Source of the DNA: Myxococcota bacterium
GTDB lineage: Bacteria > Myxococcota > Myxococcia > Myxococcales > Myxococcaceae
Length of the DNA: 64,000 bases
Direction: 5' to 3'
Assembly (NCBI GenBank): GCA_049322255.1
Contig: JBMORE010000133.1
Coordinates: 1-64,000, forward strand
Shown piece by piece: positions 59,666 through 64,000 of this stretch; within the stretch, counting starts at the first letter, position 1; every line of letters begins with the position of its first letter. A program made the translations under genes and the position numbers. The notes below the pieces were generated by a model. It had not been told where the DNA came from. It saw only the letters and a list, made by a program, of their open reading frames with translations, and made no database searches.

Positions 59666-61449
59666 GTGGCCGTCCCACTCACGTTGAAGGTCTTCAAGGG
59701 CGACGAGCTCATCGCCACCAAGGAATACGACCGGGACATCATCAAGATCGGCCGACTCTCCTCGGCGCACCTGTGTCTCGACGACGAGAAGGTGTCGCGT
59801 ATCCACTCGGTGATCGAAGTTGCCGCCGACGGCACCCTGTCGATCATCGACATGGGGAGCGTCGAGGGCACCTATCTCAACGGCAAGCGCATCAACAAAG
59901 GCAGCATCGCCTTCGGTGACGAAATCAAGGTGGGCAACACCACCATCAAAATCGAGAGCGGGGCGGCGGCCGAGAACCTTTCTGCGGCGGCGAGCGACTC
60001 CTACCATGACGCCCCGACCACGATCGTCGTGAGCCCGGAGCAATCGCCCAACTCGACGGCGTCATTGCAGCAGGCCGCCAATGTCGTCACCCCGCTGGTT
60101 CCGCCTCCGGGTGTGGTGGCGCCCGCGCCGGACGCGAGCTCGTCGGTGGCCACCGAGAAAAACGTGGTGGCCCCGGTGCGAGACGAGCAGACGGGAGAGA
60201 AAGTTCGCGGGCGGCCTCGGCGGCGCAAGGGCAGCGGCCCCTTGGGCTTGGAGCTGCGCTTTCTGTGGGGCGACCAGATGGTGGGCGAGTACTTCATCGC
60301 TCCCCATGCGCCCAAGGGGCGGGCCTTCACCGTGGGCACCGCCGCGGGTGTGAACTTCATCATGGGCGACGCCAAGCTCGGCGGTCCGCGCTTCGAGGTG
60401 GTGCGCTTCGACGGGCAGAGCTTCACCTTGCGCTTCACCAAGAAGATGAAGGGAGAGCTGCACCGCAAAATGGGCGACGAGGTGCTGACACTGGAAGAGG
60501 CGCGAGAGAAGCGCGTCGCCTCCTCCGACGGCGACGCCTACGCCATCAGCCTGCAGAACGACGACTTCGCCCACGTCGATTTGGGCGGCGTCACCCTCGA
60601 GGTGTTTTTCCAGCCGGTGCCCAAGCCGGTGCTGGTGCCCTTCGGAGAGAGCGTGGACTTCACCGCGCTCAACATCTTCCTGGTGATGTTCTTCTTGGGG
60701 GCGCTGTTCGTCATCACCGCGATGAACCGCGAGCTCGAGGGCGACGAGTACGCCGACGAGCTGTCGGCGACCCAGGCGCGTATCGCCAAGCTGATCATCA
60801 AGCCCCCGGAGATTCAGAAGAACCCCTTTCTGGAGAAGCTCAACAAGCAGAAGCAGGACCAGGGAGAGATGGCCGCCAAGCACCGCGGCGACGAAGGCCA
60901 GATGGGCAAGAAGGACGCGCCCAAGCGCTCGGCGCACGCGGCGCCCAAGGGAGACCCGAACAACAAAGATCAGGCACGCATGCTGGCGCAGAAGATTTTC
61001 GGCTCGGGGGGCGGCGGCATCTCCACAATCTTCGGGCACAACGGTCTGGGCGGTGAGCTCAAGAGCGCGATGGGCAACATGTTCGGCGCGGCGCCGGGTG
61101 ACGCTCACGGCTTCGGGGGCCTGGGCCTGCGCGGCTCGGGCTCGGGCGGCGGCGGAGTGGGTGACACCATCGGCATCGGCGGTATCGGCACCAAGGGTCG
61201 CGGAGGCGGCACCGGCAGCTACGGCTCCGGGGTAGGCGTCTTGGGCGGCAAGAAGGGCGTGGACATCGGCATCACTTCGGCCGAACCGATGGTGATGGGC
61301 TCGTTGGACAAGGAGCTCATCCGCCAGGTGATTCGCCGCAACATCGGCCAAATTCGTTTCTGCTACGAGAGCCAGCTGACCCGGTACCCCAAGCTCTCGG
61401 GCAAGGTGGCGGTGAAGTTCGTCATCTCCGGCAACGGCTCGGTGGCCTC
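59666..61449 (+). CDS. gltG: Gliding motility protein GltG (PglI), 3' end in the gap
   Basis: N-terminal FHA (KIGRLSSAHL..VSRIH..GTYLNG), TM helix, Gly-rich linker and TonB_C-like LDKELIRQVIRR..CYE. Confidence 0.9.
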
Positions 61450-61549
61450 NNNNNNNNNNNNNNNNNNNNNNNNNNNNNNNNNNNNNNNNNNNNNNNNNNN
61501 NNNNNNNNNNNNNNNNNNNNNNNNNNNNNNNNNNNNNNNNNNNNNNNNN
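61450..61549. other. Assembly gap (100 N)
   Basis: N-run in the sequence. Confidence 1.
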
Positions 61550-62713
61550 GTCCTCTCCTTCACTCGAAGAATGCAGGGTGAGCTCTGCCGTGGGGGCGAG
61601 GTGCTGACGCTGGCCGAGGTCATCGCCCGTCAGCTCGCCGAGGAGGAAGAGGAGGGTGTGTGGGTGCTGCCGCTGCTCCCAGGAGACGTAGCCCGCGTCG
61701 AGGTGGGCGGGCTTTCTGCCGAGGCGTTTTTCCACCGCGCGCCGGTGCGAGCGTCCGTCGACTGGATGGAGCGCATCGACTACACGGGGATGAACGCTTT
61801 ACTCCTCGTTTTCTTTTTCGCTGCGCTGTTCGTCATCTCGGCGGTCAACCGCGCCGAGGCCGCCGGTGGGTGGGGCGATGACGGGGAGCGCCTCGGTGTG
61901 GTGGTGAAGAAGCTCCAGGTGCGTTTGGCGCAACCGGCTCAGGGCGACTCCCCCGCGCCCCGGAGGCGCTCCACCCCGCTGGAAAGGCGCAAGCCAGGAC
62001 GTGCGCACCCGGGCGCGGTGGGGCGGGCAGGCAGGGAAAATGCCCCGGACCAAGAGCGGCGGCTGGCGAACCGGGGCACCAGGTTGCTCGAGGGCCTCTT
62101 CGGCGGCGGAGTGGTGAACGCGGTGGTGTCCGGAAATGGGCTGGGGACCGATCTTCTCGAAGCCGTGGGCCGTCTGACCGGAAACGTGGTGGGAGATTCG
62201 GCGGGAACCGGGGGGGTGGGAATGGGAGGAACGGGCGTTGGGGGAGGTGGGCTCGACCCCGTCGGTATCGGGAGCCTTCCTCTCCCTGGTCGCGGCTCCG
62301 GATACGGAAGAGGCGAGGTGCCGCTGCGGAAGGAGAAGGGCCCCAGGCCGTCCATCGATTCCGGCCCGGTCTACTCCTGCGGGGGTGGTGGTGAAGGCTG
62401 TCTCGACAAGGAGCTGGTGCGCCAGGTCATTCGCCGCAACGTGGGTCAGATTCGCTACTGCTACGAGGCGCAGCTCAACCAAAAGCCCGAGCTTTCGGGC
62501 AAGGTGGCGGTGCGCTTCGTCATCTCCGCACAAGGAGTGGTCAGCCAGGCGGAGATCGCCGAGTCGTCGGCCGACCATGCGGGGCTCGAGGCCTGTGTCA
62601 CCTCGCGGGTGAAAAGCTGGCGGTTTCCCAAACCGCGCGCGAACGGGCAGGTGGTGGTGACCTACCCCTTCCTCTTCCGCCAAGCCCCTCTCCCCGTGGG
62701 GGAGGCAGGGTGA
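61550..62713 (+). CDS. Second, diverged GltG-like protein (5' end in the gap)
   Basis: Colinear similarity to GltG: FTRRMQGEL vs FTKKMKGEL, ALFVISAVNR vs ALFVITAMNR, LDKELVRQVIRRNVGQIRYCYE, and a complete WRFPKP..VTYPFLF end. Confidence 0.82.
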   Translation, partial: VLSFTRRMQGELCRGGEVLTLAEVIARQLAEEEEEGVWVLPLLPGDVARVEVGGLSAEAFFHRAPVRASVDWMERIDYTGMNALLLVFFFAALFVISAVNRAEAAGGWGDDGERLGVVVKKLQVRLAQPAQGDSPAPRRRSTPLERRKPGRAHPGAVGRAGRENAPDQERRLANRGTRLLEGLFGGGVVNAVVSGNGLGTDLLEAVGRLTGNVVGDSAGTGGVGMGGTGVGGGGLDPVGIGSLPLPGRGSGYGRGEVPLRKEKGPRPSIDSGPVYSCGGGGEGCLDKELVRQVIRRNVGQIRYCYEAQLNQKPELSGKVAVRFVISAQGVVSQAEIAESSADHAGLEACVTSRVKSWRFPKPRANGQVVVTYPFLFRQAPLPVGEAG

Positions 62714-62757
62714 GGGAACCGTACCCCTCACCCCTACCCTCTCCCAGAGGAAGAGGG
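62685..62757. repeat. Inverted pair of BoxC/REP-like elements (copies 8 and 9)
   Basis: Copy at 62685-62716 (minus orientation, contains the gene's TGA) and copy at 62724-62757. Confidence 0.8.
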
Positions 62758-62779
62758 AGTTGGGGTAGGTTCACGATTC

Positions 62780-63406
62780 ATGACACGCACCTCGGTTCTT
62801 CTGTCGCTGGCGCTGTGGGGTCCGGGCACTGCGATGGCGCAGGGCTCGACCGCCCAGACCCAGGACAAGCCCGTCGAGACCTTCAATGAGATTGAGCGAG
62901 GGTTCTACCTGGGGGTGACCGCGGGCCCCTGGTTCGTGTTGAACCCTCCCGCCGGCCCCGGCTCGAGCTCTCCTTTCTCGCCCGGGCAGATGGCTCAGGT
63001 CGAGGCGGGCCTGGACATCGGCGAGCGCCTCTCGTTCGCCCTCTTCCTCATGGGCTCGGCCAACCGCGCCGGCTCGGAGTACACCGGCAAGTCGAACGGC
63101 CTGGCGTCGGGAGACTTCTCGGCAATCGCTCCCGGAGCGGTGGTGCGCGCCAACCTCGTCGGCTTCAACGACGCGCAAGACGTCAAGCGCACCTGGGTCT
63201 ACCTGCGTGCCGGAGCCGGCTACATGATGTTCTCTCCCAAACCGCTCTTGCTCGACCCCGAGCTGCTCGTCTTCGGCGGCTCGGGGGTGGAGTACTACAC
63301 GCGGCTACGTCACTTCTCGGTCGGCCTGGAGGTGAGCGGAGCATTCCTCCTGCCTTCGGCCACCGTCGGCTTTGCCGTCACGCCAAGCTTGCGTTACGCG
63401 TTCTAA
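62780..63406 (+). CDS. gltH: Gliding motility outer-membrane beta-barrel GltH (CglE)
   Basis: Signal peptide, FNEIERGFY, GVEYYTRLRHFSVGLE and C-terminal YAF; synteny. Confidence 0.82.
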   Translation: MTRTSVLLSLALWGPGTAMAQGSTAQTQDKPVETFNEIERGFYLGVTAGPWFVLNPPAGPGSSSPFSPGQMAQVEAGLDIGERLSFALFLMGSANRAGSEYTGKSNGLASGDFSAIAPGAVVRANLVGFNDAQDVKRTWVYLRAGAGYMMFSPKPLLLDPELLVFGGSGVEYYTRLRHFSVGLEVSGAFLLPSATVGFAVTPSLRYAF

Positions 63407-63445
63407 GTCCGGTAGCTAGCCACCCTAAAAAAGAGGTTACTTTCG

Positions 63446-64000
63446 GTGGCGAACGAGCAAAGCAAGGGACCGGGCCGTGGGCCCGGCGGTGGAAAGGGCC
63501 GTCCCCCTCGGGGCGGCGAGCGCGAAAAACGGCGCGGTAAGGGCCGGGGCGAGCGGGGCGGGCGGGGACGCGACGAGCGACGCGAGGGCCCAGGTGCCGC
63601 TTCCTTCCGCGTCGTCACCGAGCTTTCCACGCTGGAGAAGGCGCTCACCAAAAACGACCTTGCCGCCCAGAAAGCACCGCTGGAGTCGATTCTCAAGGCG
63701 CTCAAGCCGTTGCGCCTTCAGTCGATCGAAAACCTCGACCTCAACACCCGTGGCCGGCTCATCACCAGCCTTTCCCGCGTCAGCCGCCAGCCCAAACCGC
63801 CCGGCTTCGACGAAGCCATCGCGGCAGAGTCGAAGCCCGAGGGCGTCAAAGTGGAGGCCGGGCCCTCCGAAGCGCCGCCGGTAGATGCGGCTCCAGCCGG
63901 AGAAAGGCCCTCCGAGGAGGCAGCTGCGCCCGGCGCCACGCCGGTACCGACAGAGGCTCGAGCGGAGGAGACGCCAGCCGAAGAGGCGGCGGCTGCGCCC
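63446..64000 (+). CDS. Hypothetical protein (possibly AgmV-like by position), runs off the window
   Basis: GTG start after AAGAGG. The frame is open to the window end: RG-rich N-terminus, helical segment (ELSTLEKAL..LDLNTRGRLITSL) and A/E/P linker. It is absent from the ORF track because it has no stop. Confidence 0.7.
   Translation, partial: MANEQSKGPGRGPGGGKGRPPRGGEREKRRGKGRGERGGRGRDERREGPGAASFRVVTELSTLEKALTKNDLAAQKAPLESILKALKPLRLQSIENLDLNTRGRLITSLSRVSRQPKPPGFDEAIAAESKPEGVKVEAGPSEAPPVDAAPAGERPSEEAAAPGATPVPTEARAEETPAEEAAAAP

Noticed and set aside
59666..62713. Single 1015-aa GltG-GltG fusion ORF in the track
   Set aside because: The frame continuity depends on an arbitrary 100-N gap. Two separate genes are more parsimonious.

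Overview
High-GC scaffold from a myxobacterium (Myxococcaceae/Archangiaceae-like) with two 100-N assembly gaps (16678-16777, 61450-61549). The backbone resembles my recollection of the Myxococcus xanthus chromosome around smc/groESL/rpoZ/glt: tRNA-Gly(CCC), murA-prmC-prfA, TPR and CBS genes, smc, an FHA-type enhancer-binding protein, groES-groEL with CIRCE operators, rpoZ, a Gld-like ABC transporter, aspartate kinase, a DnaC-like ATPase and the gltD-E-F-G-H gliding cluster. Accessory blocks include two VapBC-type toxin-antitoxin pairs, an AAA_14/DUF4143 ATPase, a DUF1592/DUF1552 pair, an M66-like metalloprotease, a nucleotidyltransferase-phosphoesterase pair and a hybrid kinase. The best candidate for an undescribed system is the minus-strand operon at about 32.5-37.4 kb: lipoprotein, ECF sigma, ZAS anti-sigma, exported caspase-like protease with a probable beta-barrel, and a paralogous lipoprotein. 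The caspase linker and the anti-sigma juxtamembrane segment share the motif R-T-K-G, which suggests caspase-driven trans-envelope signalling. Other points of note are three CIRCE boxes (two in front of an uncharacterised gene pair), a DnaD-like/DnaC-like pair, a second diverged gltG copy, an enhancer-binding protein lacking GAFTGA, a pseudokinase, a CGTCAAC array, and nine BoxC-like palindromes, several overlapping coding sequence. All family calls are by eye from motifs; no searches were run.
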